Source: Chrysomallon squamiferum (Eukaryota; Animalia; Mollusca). Taken from it: a stretch of DNA of 64,000 nucleotides. This document shows, piece after piece, positions 1 through 14,114 of this stretch. Made by a program: the position numbers and the translations under genes. The notes under the pieces are model-generated. The model had not been told where the DNA came from, did not search any database, and saw only the letters and a list, made by a program, of their open reading frames with translations. The first letter of the stretch is position 1, and each line of letters starts with the position of its first letter. The DNA is taken from the NCBI GenBank assembly GCA_012295275.1, contig CM022679.1, positions 28,210,001 through 28,274,000 on the forward strand. The letters run 5' to 3'.

Positions 1-548
1 TTAATCTTTGGCATATGTTTTGTAAATATTCAGTATACATGTTTATTAAGTTCCACTACTAAATACTTCATGAAATTACTGTTTTAAATTAGTTTTGGAT
101 TGATGAAAAAAAGAAAAAAAGAAAAAAAGATAAAAGTGTTGCTTTTTTGTGTTATTATGAAGCCTAGAAGTGTTTGTTTCTGTTCTGATAAGATCACTAC
201 TTTTCACAAAAACTCCAAGTTGTTCAACCCCTGATTATTTGATAACATTATAACTGATAAACTACATACAAACACATAAATAAAAGTAATTTAAAAAATA
301 TGATGTTACAACTACAATTAAACAGAAGGATATTGTATTGTGATCAAATTTAAATAATATTAGTTTGTAAATATATATGAATCATCTTTTATGGAGTTTT
401 TAATTTACTTTTATAAATAATAAAACATATTTGAATAATATAAACTATTAATGAAAGATAGTTATTACTATAAAAATACACAAACAACAAATATGAATCA
501 AATAAGCTGTTACTAAATATAATAATTGTAAATAAAATGTGCACTTAC

Positions 549-3500
549 AACGTACTGCTGTTGTTTAGAGAGGTCAGAGAGAACTGATTGTCTGAGAGAG
601 ACAATTCCAGTCACTGAGTCAACTAGGAAATATTTTCTACCAACAGAACTGGAGGAACCTTCACTGATTCTGTAGCGAACTGTATTGTGTACTGGCTAAA
701 AAAAATAACAGATAACACAAATACATTAAAATAGATTTAATAACGATTATTATCAGCAAGAATATGAAGTGCAGATTAGAAAAGATTGTTGTAGTAAGTT
801 TCAAGACAAAATATCTAAACATTTTACAAAAGACTGGAAAAACATTTATTTACATGTTCTGGTTACATCTCTCTGTCAATGACATTAAAAGCTATACAAA
901 GATTACTGTTTTGAAACAAAATATTTAACAGAGTGAACTTGAAATTTAATGATAAACTAATTCTATATAGTCTAAAGATTTAGAAAAAAACCATATAAAA
1001 TGAAAAAAAATGAAAAACATTAGATATTTATTAAGAAAAAGAAGAAATCTATAAGATATCCAAATAACTGACAAAAAACAATTAAAAAAAAAGTACTAGT
1101 AGATATTTAAAATCCACTGACCCGTGAATCTCTGTCAGAAGCTGTGACCTGCACAATGCTAGCTCCAAGTTGTGCTGTTTCAAGAATGTTTCCAATGTAG
1201 GAGTTGGTGGAGAAGAAAGGATCAAAGAGGTTGATCTGGACGTTGATGTTCACTAACGCTGTCGAACTTTTTGGAGGTGTGCCTCCATCCACTGCCACAA
1301 CTCTTAACTGAAAAAACAAACAGAATTAAAATATTTAAAAAATTTCTTTTATTTGTAACACATCTGCACAGACAATCTCTTTTAAATTGAAATTTTAAAT
1401 ATTTTTAGGTGCCATTTCAGAAATATTTCAAACTTTTTCTTTTTTTTTAAATTAACTGTATTAATTATTTATTTGAAATTTTAAATATTACATAAATTCT
1501 TCAGACTACTTTTTTTTAATTTAGGTATCAGGAAAATCTGCTTTAATTTATAGCACAAATTTCTCATGTTTACTGAAATATATATACACAAATATATAAA
1601 CATACACAAATACATATTCAAATATATACCTTATGTACATCAGATTCATGCAGATGCACACACATAAAAGTACACATAATATGAACAAATGCATATTAAA
1701 ACATACACATACACATACAAATGCAGATGCAGGCATACTCTTGCAAAGATAAAATTAAAACTAGTTCTCACTCTGTAGAAGTGAACGGTGTCAGAGACGA
1801 GGTTTCCTGTGACATACACAACTCCTGACGAATTCACACTGAAGTAGTCAGTAGCCAGATCATCGCCAATCACATGTAGTTTCACTTCATTGAACGGAAG
1901 CTGCAAGATATTTTAAAATAAATAATAAATTCATTATTATTATTGTTGTTGTTGTTGTTACTGAGTGTTGATTCTTCATTATGATCATAATATTTTATCA
2001 TAATATCATAATCATTATTAACAAAATGAAACAAACAAAAAATTACTTAATAAATTATTACTAATATTATAAAATCATCATACATACACTTATTAGTAGT
2101 AATATTATAAAAATCTATGTACATGCACTTATTAGTAGTAATATTATAAAAATCAATGTACATGCACTTATTATTAGTGATATTATAAAAATCAATGTAC
2201 ATGCACTTATTATTAGTGATATTATAAAAATCTGTGTACATGCACTTATTATTAGTGATATTACAAAAATCTGTGTACATGCACTTATTAGTAGTAATAT
2301 TATAAAAATCTGTGTACATGCACATATTAGTAGTAATATTATAAAAATCAATGTACATGCACTTATTGTTAGTGAAAAGAACACGTACGATGTTGTCAGA
2401 GTCAGAGACAGTGAGGAGGATGACACTGGATCCAGTATTCTGTGTTTCAGGAATTGTCACAGAGTATGGGTCACTGATGAACACTGGGGCGAACCGGTTC
2501 CTTGTCACAGTGATACGAATTTGACTTTCTTGTGCTGCTTGGCGACTAGGACTCCCCAAGTCATAGGCTCCGACAAACAACTGAAAAATACCAAAACAGT
2601 TCATAAAATATGTAAAAAATAAACAGAAAAATATGTTAAAAACAGATCGTTATATAATTTTCTATGTTGTTGGTGTGTTGTTGTTTTTACTTCATTGATA
2701 ATTTCAAAACTTTTTAAAATTATTTATCCACTCTGACAATCTCAGTCTATGGAGGGTATTCAGTTCACTTTTTTCTTCATTTATTTTTCTATTTTATTTA
2801 TTTATTGACTTTTAATAAAAACAAAGTTTAAAAAATTCTTCAGGGTGTGTGATGATTTACATTCAAGTTTTCTTTTCTATATTTTTAAATTATTTTATTT
2901 TAATTATTTTGTTTTCATATTTATATCCATAATCATAGACACAAGAGTATTACATTGCAGTACTTCTTTTTACTTATTTCATTTTTATTTTTGCTGACTT
3001 TCAAATGGAAGATATAATACGACAAAAATACTACCAAAAAATCCTACAATAAAAATCCTACAAAAAAAAATCATGCAAAATATGCCAACCACAAAACTTA
3101 ACAAAGAAAACACTTACTGCATAAATAGAATTCTTTGCCACATCAAGAGTTAATGATTTTCTCACTGTTACTTCCCCTGTTATTGAATTAACAAAGAAGA
3201 AATCTTCTTCAGTAGAGTCAGCCCTGGACGTGAATCGAACCTGGTTGTGTGGTGACTGAAATATTTAAATAAATGATCATTCCAGCCTGGAACTCACTTC
3301 AGTGAGCTAACAGAGACATGTGTACAACAGTTCAGGTAATTAATATTTTCACAAAAATCACATTTCTGCAGCCACAGTGACAAACGTCCTTGACAGATGC
3401 ATATTTATTAACAATTGTCTATATTAAAATACACTTGAGGCAGAATATTTATAATGCTTGATTTGTGTCAGTGCATATAGTAAATATCAAATATTACATA

Positions 3501-3698
3501 TACATATTAATCACAATAATCAATGTATATTAATTCACTGCAATGGCATATTCAGTACATGTTTGTTTATCAACATGGCATTGTTAATAATACTTAGTGT
3601 ATATCTATTATCATCTAAAATATATCTAAAATTTACTATATCTACATACATATAAAATAGATACAAACACATACACACTGACAAACAGTCAAACACAA

Positions 3699-3734
<36 letters not shown>

Positions 3735-6553
3735 ACACAGACACATAGATATTTTATGATCTACTTACTGCACTGTCAATGTCAGTTGCTTTCACATGAA
3801 CAATGACAGATCCAACAGGTTCTGATTCAGGGATTGTAGCTTGGTATGAAGAGGAACTAATCACTGGAGAATGCAAGTTGTGGAGAATCTTCACCTGAAT
3901 CACAGACGTGTTACTCCTAGGTGTAGGTAAACCATTGTCATAACCCCGAACACGAATATAGAACGTATTCTTAGAAACTCCTACTAGCGACTGCTGAAGA
4001 GTTACTTCCCCTGATTGTTGGTGGATGTTGAAGTAAACGGGAGCTGTGTCATCACCAATTAGTTTGTAACTGACTATTTCAAAAGTGTTCTGAAAATAAA
4101 CAAGTTAATATTTTCTAATTAATATCTTATCAAACTTAAAAGTATTTTATAAACATGTAAAGTACGACTCCTGTAACTACTATGACAATTACTACTATTA
4201 TTATTACTACTACTGCTACAGGTACTACAACCACCACTGATAATATTTCTACTTTAACTGCCTCTAACACTATCACTACTGCAACAGAATGAAACAGGAT
4301 CACAAACAGACTTACTGGGTTGTCATTATCCACTGCAGAGACCTGAAAAACTGAGGCACCGACTGACAAACTCTCTGTTATTTCTGTCGCATACGGCAAA
4401 CTGACAAACTGTGGGGTGTATTGGTTACGAATTACAACAATCTGAACTGTTGCTGTTGGAGTAGCTGCTCTTGGTGGTGTTGCAGAGTCAGAAACTGTTG
4501 CCAGTAGTGTGTATTTTTCTGCCAGGTCCTGCAGAAGTGACGTTCGTAGCCTGATCTCGCCACTGTTTGCATCAAGTGTGAAATATGTCTGTCCTGGGTT
4601 GCTGCCAGCAAAGCTGTAACTCTCTTTGTTAAAAGGAGCGCTGTTGTCGTTATCAACAGCTTTCAGAGTGAAGATGACAGTGTTGAAGCTGATGTTTTCA
4701 AATATGGTAGTAGACACAGTATAGCTGGGTCCATGTGGTTCAAGCCACTGTGGTGAAAAGAGATTTCTGTCAATTGTGAGAGTCAACACTTCATAGGCGT
4801 GTCTCGCCGGGCTCCCTCCGTCTGTAGCTACTATTCGAAGCTGTGAACAACAAATAGTTTAACATTTACAAGAAGCAACAAGTGTTTGGTTTTCTTTTTC
4901 ATTTTTTTAAATGAAATATTAATAATTTTTTATACTAATTAATTAAATGAAATGTTAACAAAAAAGGTTAGCAATCTTTAACACTCAATTAAATGTAAGT
5001 TGTTTTTTCTTTTAATGTAAACTTCAAATGATTAAATATTTATTACAAAAAGTTTTTATAATATACAGTAGTCAAATGATTGAAAAGAGAGAAATATCTA
5101 ACAAGATTAAAAACAATTTAAATCAAAATCAAAATAATTGATATGTATTTTAAATAAAATCAATTTATAATTGATAAATGCTTTAAGTTTTAGTCACTGG
5201 TAAACTGCAGACTGTAAATATTGCTAAAAATTATATCATCTAAATCTTACAAGAAATATTTCATAAAAAGAAATAAATGTGATTAATTTTCTAGGAAAGA
5301 AAATGTACCCTGTAGCTGGCAGCAGTATCAGACAGGATGGACTTTGTCAAGTAGACTTCTCCAGTTTCCACACTGATGTGAAAGAAATCTGGAGCCAACT
5401 CATCTCCAATTACACTGAAATGAACTGTGTTGTATGGAGGCTGTGATAGACAGAAACAAACAAAGGAATGAATAAATGAATGAATGAAGAACAAAACAAC
5501 TTATCAAAGAAATGAATAAATGAAGGACTCACTGAATAACTAAAATGTAGAAGTGAATGAAACAATTGACTGTTTTGTAATACACTGAAGACTTTTTGTA
5601 ATAAGAAATAATAAGAAATCAAGCATTTTACTGTGTAATGATAGTGCATGACAGGCAGGATGTTTTTGCATATATTCAATATAATATGAATTTTAGAAGT
5701 AAAATTACTAATTTTAATTAATGGTCGTTGATTTAAGTTACTAATTTAATTATTAATCATGGATTTAAATAACTAATTTAATTAACAATCACTGATAAAA
5801 TTACTAATTAATAATCACTGATTTAAATCACTAATTAATAATCACTGATTTAAATCACTATTTTAATTATTAAGCCTCACTTTAAATGACTAATTACTAA
5901 TTAAAATACTAATTTTAAACTTTTTACCTGAAGATCAGCATCACTAGCTGATATTCTGAAAACACTGCTACCAGCTCTGGTTGCCAGGGAAACAGTTTTC
6001 CGATAAGGTGTGTTCTCAAAAACTGGTCCATACTGGTTCCTCATAACAAAAATGTTGACTAAAGCTGACTGGGCACTGCGTAATGGGGATGGGACTCCCA
6101 GATCCTCAGCTCCAACAGTCAGAATGTAATGGTAATTATCTGAAGTGACATCCTCCGTGAGACTGTGTCTGACAGAAATCTCTCCAGTCACGCTGTTAAC
6201 AAAGAAATACTGCAGAGCTCTGGCTGAGCCAAGGAGAGAATATCTGATGACGTTGTTAGGAGTCAGCGTATCCAAGTCAGTGGCAGTCACTCGTATCACT
6301 GTATCACCCAGTGTCTGAGTTTCCAGTACAGTGACATTGTACCAGCGAGGTGAAAACATCGGCGCAGCAATGTTTCTGTTCACTGTGACTACAACTACTG
6401 TTAAATCGGTTTGTGGTGGGCTGCCCTGGTCTGCTGCTTGGATCAAAATCTGAAATTTAAATTATTTCCCATTATAAATGTTCCAGGGTACATATGTATG
6501 TGTGTGTATGTGTGTATGTGTGTGTGAGTGTCCTTGAGTGTGTGTGGTGTGTA

Positions 6554-6592
<39 letters not shown>

Positions 6593-9500
6593 GTGTGTGT
6601 GTGTAGATAGATAGATAGATATGGATATGGATATATAGATATATAAAGATTATTTTGTAAACTACCAATGTTTTGTTTGTTACTTCTGTTGAGACTAACA
6701 AACAGTACCAGTGTATTATTTGTACTTCTCATTATTTTCTATATTAATTCTTAAAATAAATATTTCCTAAAGATATTAAAATAACTATTTTAAATTATGT
6801 TCTTCCAAAGTAATTTGTTACACAAATAAAATGTTTTTGGAAAACATTTAAATAAAACTGTTTCCATCTAAAAAAAATCAATAAATAAAAAAAAAAAAAA
6901 AAAAAAAAAAAATCTGTATCAAAATATATTTAAAAGAAAAAAACAATCTGTCTGATTAAAATTTCATTAGTATGATGTGGTTCAGTGCTAGTATTTCAGT
7001 GTAATTTTTGTTTTATATTAACTAACATTCCTGTATTTTGATAAGAGTTCTTACCCTGTATTCAGTGGCTGTATCTCTAACAATACTGTTTTTCAAACTG
7101 ACAACTCCTGAAACAGAATCAACTTGAAAATATGTTTGAGCTGTATCAATACCCATAATGCTGTACTTTATGTCACCAAATGACCCATGGGTGTCTGGGT
7201 CAATGGCCTTGACCTGGATAATACTGGAACTCAAAGAAAGGTCTTGACGCACTGATTTCCTGTATGGTTTGTTGATGAACTGAGGTGGGTTTTGATTTCG
7301 GACAACACTAACATACACATGGACATCAGTGGTGGAGCTTAGAGGTGGGGAACCTTGGTCTACAGCTTGAACTGTCAGCTGTAATACATTAAATTTGTTC
7401 ATTATTTAATCAGAATTAATTTTAAAATACATATTTTTAACTAAATAAAGTTAAGTAAACAACAAACAAATAAATAAATAAATAAATAAATGAAATATCA
7501 GCTAAAAAATAAAATACCGAAGCTTGATTACCAGTAAGGACAATAACTAGCTACTGTACATTAAAATGTATTGCACAATAGATTATATCTAGTATATTGT
7601 GACACCTAAACATGGATATCAAAGATATTCAAAATGTTGAAGAACAAAAGAAAGAAAGAAAAGAATAAGCAGTAAAATAAATAAATAACTAAAAAAATAA
7701 AAATAAAAATATATAATGAAAAAAAGATAATAAAGAAAATATTAAGAAAATAAGAAAATAAATAAATAAATAAATAAATAAGATAAGTAAATAAATTAAT
7801 TAATTAATCAACAAACATATATATATATAAAACTCACTGTGTACTGGGCAGGGTTACTCTGGTCAGCAGACAAAGATGTTTTGATGCTGATCTGTCCCGT
7901 CACTTCATCTACATGGAAGTATTTGACAGCCGCAATGTCACCAGTCAGTCTGTAGAAGACAATGTTGTTAGGAGGCTGAGAATCAGCATCTGATGCCTTC
8001 ACTGTGACAACAGGAACTCCAAGAGCCTGTGTTTCCAGAATGTTTGTTGAGTAGCTGGGTGTCTGCCACACTGGTGCAAAGAAGTTTCTTAAAACAGTCA
8101 CCATGACGACAGTTGTAGCACTGCGTGCTGGGAAACCATTGTCAGTGGCAACAATACGAATCTGAAATAAGAGAAGGAATTTGTCTAATGGGTATGGATG
8201 GATGGATGGACAGATGGCTGGAAAAATATGATTAATGCAAAATTTAAAACAATTGCAATAATTATGGTTGACAGACAAATAAATGAATAAAATAAAGAGA
8301 GACCTCTAAATAGATGAACAAAGAGAGACAAAGACTCAAACAAGAGCAGCACAGTACATACCGAGTATTTCTGCACATTGTCTGTCATCAGACTGGTTCT
8401 AGTGGAAATAAGAGCTGACTGGCTTGACCTCTGACCTGATTTCAATATGAAATATGATGTGGCTGACCCATCACCAATCATCATGTACGAGATCTGATTA
8501 AACTTAGGCTGAAATAAAACAATTCAAATTTTAAATAAAATAAATAAAACATATTTGAAATAATCACATGGGAAAAGAATATGAACTATGTTAGATTTTT
8601 AAAAAATACATTTTCTCTGAACTTACTGTTTATTGCTGTGACTGTGGCTAATAAATAGGAGAAAATGTCTGACCAGTGAAACAAATACATTAAAAAATAT
8701 ACACTGTTTGATCAAATGAAATTAATGAAATATCACAGGTATTTTTGTGTATCTCACAAGAAGAAAAAATCAGATTACTGTCAGGTTTGTTTGAGCTACT
8801 TGGGCATGCAGCAGCCATGTAAGCACACATGTATTTAGGTAAGATTAAAACAGTATCTACTTACATTTGTGTCTGCGTCAGAAGCTGACAGTTCTAGGAA
8901 CTGAGGTTCCTATATCAACATTTTCAGACAAAGAAACCTTGTAGGACTGGTTGAAAAAAATTGGTGCATTTTTGTTTCTTGATATGGTGACTACAACAAC
9001 AGCATTGACATCGGCAGTGCGAGGACTTGGCAGACCTTGATCCTTAACTGATACAGTTATCTGAAAAGACAGTTAATTTTACTAAAACTGATTTTTAACT
9101 TCAGGAATAAAAGATAATAAACAGATAAAAAAAATATAAGTTTAAAATGAGGATTTTTTTTCTAACATATGTGTCAAGTATTTGTTTTGCTTGCCAGAAA
9201 AAGGTATTTTGATATATTTCTAGATTTGCTGACAAATTCAGAAACCTGTTCAATGACAAGTTTACAGTATAGCATCAGTAAACAACAGACTACTGCTCTC
9301 TCTTAAAATTTCCAGATTAACATAAATACCGCAATATAGTGAAAAATAGTAATAGAAAATAAACCTAAAAAGACAAGAATGCAACCTGAAAGCAAAGCAC
9401 TAACTGAAGATAGTATAAATAAAGTTTAACCTGAAATACTAAAAAAGCAAAAAAAAATCATTAGATTTATATGAAAACAAAATAAGACCGCTGTTTCTTA

Positions 9501-10714
9501 TTTTTTTAATAGCTCAGTTATTAGTTATTAGATATGACAAATGAATAAACAACTTTACTAGATTTACATGAAAACAAATAGATAATCTATTGAATAGATA
9601 GTGTTTGTTCCATAAATACTATTTACCTGGAAGGTGTTAATATGAGAACTCGTGGCTGATCGTTTGAGCATCACCACACCCAAATCACTGATCATGAAGT
9701 ATTTCATAGCATCCTCATCTCCTGTGATAGAATATGTCAGCTGATTGTGTGGTGTCTGTAAAATAAAACAAAATATTGTATGTTAATTTAGTTTCTGAAC
9801 CACTTAGATAATTGACATCAAAGCCTCTCCACAATTTGTAATAACTAAGAATCTCAAATAAAAATTAAATTATCTCAATCTAAATAATTGTAAGTATTAT
9901 TGTCTAAATAACACAAATCCTGGTTTTAAAGTACAAACCGACAGATCGTTGTCATTAGCCTCAACTCTGACAACCTGCGTGGCAAGTGGGAAATTCTCAG
10001 CTACAGTTTGTGAGTAACTCAGGGCGAGGAAAACAGGGGTGTGGATGTTTCTGTTGACAATGACAGTAACTGTAGCTGTTGATTCTGCACCTCCCCCATC
10101 TGTGGCAACCACTCGAACCTGCAACAATAAAATAATAAAAATTTACACAAACATTTCACAAAAGGATGTGTGAAGTTTTTATAAATATGTTTTATATAAA
10201 ACACACGAATATTATCAAGTTCTACTTACGACATAAGAAAGTGCTGCTTCTCTCGTCAAAATATTCTTCAATATTATCAGCCCTCCAGTGTCACTGGACA
10301 GTCCAAACAACTGACCAGACGTCCTGTCGTTCAGAAGAGAGTAAGTAATAACATTGTATGGTGTCTCTGTGTCCATGTCTGTTGCTGTGACCGATGTCAC
10401 ACCTGCACCAACACTGAGAGTTTCGTCCACAGAGACTGTATGTGTGTGTGAGGTGAACACAGGAGTGTGGATGTTTCGTAGCACGTTTACATCTAGCACA
10501 GACACTCCCGACAGCGCTGGGATGCCGAAGTCTGTGGCCTTGACTGTAATTTTGTAGTTGCTGCTGATGTCAGACGTTAACAACTGACCAAGATATAGGT
10601 GGCCGTTGTTGGGGTTGATGTAGAACAGGTTGGATCCAGTGCTGGGTAAAACGCTGGCAATGCTGAATGTTACTCTGCTGTTTGGAGTGTTCTGAAATTA
10701 AAATTCATTTATTT

Positions 10715-10753
<39 letters not shown>

Positions 10754-13700
10754 TTTTTTATTTTATTTATTTTATTTATTTTATTTATTTATTTAATTTG
10801 TATTTTTTTATTTTACTAAATACCTTATTGATTTCTGTCTTTTAACAGTAAGATCACTGATTTTTCTCTTCAAATGAGTATTTACCACATAACATAATTA
10901 TACCTAACAACAGAAAGAACATTAAAGGTATTTACTAAATCTAGTTACAATTATTTTATTATTTTGTTTTACCTGTGGATCACTATCTACTGCTGACACT
11001 ACAGTGATGACTTCTCCAACTTTGACTGTTTCATGCAGCGACAATGACTTTGTTCTCAGCTTCACCACAGGAGAAAAGTCATTAAGATCCTGAAAAATAT
11101 AATATCTAAACTGTTTGAAAAAAAATAAAGAGATATCTATCAAATCAGAAAAAGAGACAGGTAAATAAATAAATAAATAAATAAATAGAACAAAATATAG
11201 TAAAATAAAATAACATAAATATTAAATAAACAAATAAAATAAAATAATCATTAATTTATTTATCAACTACAAAAACAATTATCAAAAAAGAAAAAATATG
11301 TAGTTTTATATTTAAAATAACATTAAAATAGAGTAATGTTACACATACAAGAACAGTAACTCTGACTGTTGCTGTAGATGATGGCTGGTGTGTGTTTTGT
11401 CCATCAACTGTTGTGACATACAGCTTGTAGAAATTTTTCACTTCATAATTCAGAGCTTGTTTGGTTCGAATTTCTCCTGACTCTGAAATCACAAAATGTT
11501 CTGCTGATGTTCCCAGCAACACGTAGGTTACATCTGGTACAGAGTCTGCATCAGTTGCCTGAAAAAGAAAAAAATGTAAGTTATAAGATAAATGGACAGA
11601 GTAACAAAGGAATGGATGGAAGATAGAGAAATGGAAAGATGGATCTATGATTGGACTGGTTAAGCTGCATGGGCTGTATGGATGAATGGATTGATGGATG
11701 GATTGAGAAATGAATGATGGATGGATGGATGTATAGAAGGAAGGATGAAGAGACAGACAGGTGGACGTTTGAATTGACAGGGATCAAACACAGAGAGACA
11801 AATAAATGTCTTCCAAAAACTCACCGTAACCTTGGTAACTAAAGCATTATTTTCATTTTCTCGTACAGTAGCTTCGTACAGTGACTGTACAAACACTGGG
11901 GTGCTGTCAGCTACGTCTATGACATTGATGGTGACTGTTGCTGTACCACTCCGACTGTCAACTGCAGAATCACGAGCAACCACCATCAGCAAGTACACTT
12001 TCTTAGTTTCCCAATCCAGTGGCTGAATAGTGGTAATCTGCCCAGATTGCGAATTTATTGTGAAGCTGAGAAAGAATTATACAGAATTAGAAATTGTTAA
12101 TATTAGTGTTAGTGTCATTACGTTACTATTATTATTATGTAACTATATATTATTATCATCATTATTTATAATGTTATTGTCATTTTTATTATTAATATTA
12201 TGACATCAAACATATGTGACTGTACCTCACAAAAACAAACCTGTTGACAGTTTTCATGAAAGTTTAGGAGACTACTCTTACCTGCTGGAATCCAGGAAGT
12301 TTTGATAAGTTACTTGAGAGTTTGCTGTATTTGCTTCATCTGCGTCAGTAGCCTGTAACAATCAAATTCAATTAAAATCTCAAAAATGCAAAGAAAAAAT
12401 AACTTTTGTTCAATAAGTGATTTTAAACTAAACAAACAAACATAAAAGAAAGAAACAAGAAAAGAAAGAAAATTCAAAAATAAATAGTTTAGTGTAATTT
12501 AATTCATTATAATAACATAAAAAATATTAAATGAGAAGAAATATGGTATATTTCAAACAAATGTAAAGAAACAAAATTATATTCAGCATTTGCACAACAA
12601 AATTATATATATTTTTTAAAACTGTCACTGAAAATATTTATGAACAAACCATTAAATTTACTACAATGAGGGCATAACTGTAATTTATAACATAGGATAT
12701 AAAAATGTAAAAGGAATTTATTAGTGAAATATTTTTTTTAAATAAACAAAATATAGTTTTTAAAACATATTGCTTAAGCAGTTATAAAGATTTTATTTAG
12801 TTTTTTCCTGCGACTCAGGTATCAAGTAAAATCATAGAAAATTAGTCTTTAAGAATATAAATTTATCTTTGACACATTTTTAAAATAAAAAGAAGACAAC
12901 ACTTACTCTGACTTGTCCAACAAGAGCACTGAGTACATTTTCCTTGACACTGAAGATGTATGGTGGGTTTATGAAGACTGGATTCTGATCATTGATGTCA
13001 CTAATTTTTATACTCAGTGTTGTTGTAGCTGTCTGAGAAGGGAAAGAAACAAACATGATTATTTTTCAGTATTTTATGTTAACAGGAATGCAAATTTTAA
13101 TAAAGAATTTTTTTTCTCTGAATTAAAAATATCTGAAATTTATGAATAAAAGAAGAAAGAATCTTTTTTTTTTTTTTTTTTCATTAAAATTTATTAATAA
13201 TTCTTCCTAAGTAACAGTGGCTTAATTATTTGTGTATTTTGTGTTGCAATAGTTTACATGTTTTAAACTGCTTATGAAACATTTAAACTTTCAAAATTCT
13301 ACACTCTTACTCTTTGACTTGTATCAGCAACATGGATCAGTAATGAGTAGGAAGGTCGATTTTCCCAATCCAACCTGTTCTTAGTTGAAACTGCACCACT
13401 GAAAAATAATATTTTCTTTATGTTAAAGAAGAAAATGATAACAATAACAACAATAATAACAATAATAATAATAAAGTTAGCAATAAGATTGAATTTTAAA
13501 AAAAGCTAACAGAATACAGCAAATGTTCTCTCACATACTCACACAGAAAAACAAAAACACACACACACACACAGAGATACATAAGAGTAGGTTATCAACT
13601 AATAATTCACTAAAAGATAATATAACAATATGCTGTGGCATATCCTGGATATACTTACGTATTCAGTCCAATGATGAAATCTTGATTATTGTTTCCACTA

Positions 13701-14063
13701 ATAATCTGATATGACAGGACATCTTTGTCAATATCAGTAGCCTATAATAAGTATAAAATTTTAAATTACAGTGAGAGGAACAGCAACAAATTCCAGGATC
13801 TAACAAGGAATATATACAAAACATCAAATGATAGAGGTACTAGCTTTATTTTCTGCATGGTTAGTTCTATAATACTTAAAAGAAAACAATTAATAATAAA
13901 AGTTACAATAACAATGACAGTAATGATAATAAAGATAATAATAATAATAGTAGTAGTAGTAATAATAATAACAATAATAATAATAATAATGATAATAATA
14001 ATAATAACAGTAGTAGTAGTAATAATAATAACAATAATAATAATAATAACAGTAGTAGTAGTA

Positions 14064-14114
<51 letters not shown>

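Noticed and set aside
2047-2426. Repetitive Cys-containing ORF (TNKCMYIDFYNIT)n
   Set aside because: Read-through of a cadherin exon into a 39-bp intronic minisatellite; a donor at 2388 and a matching next exon exist.
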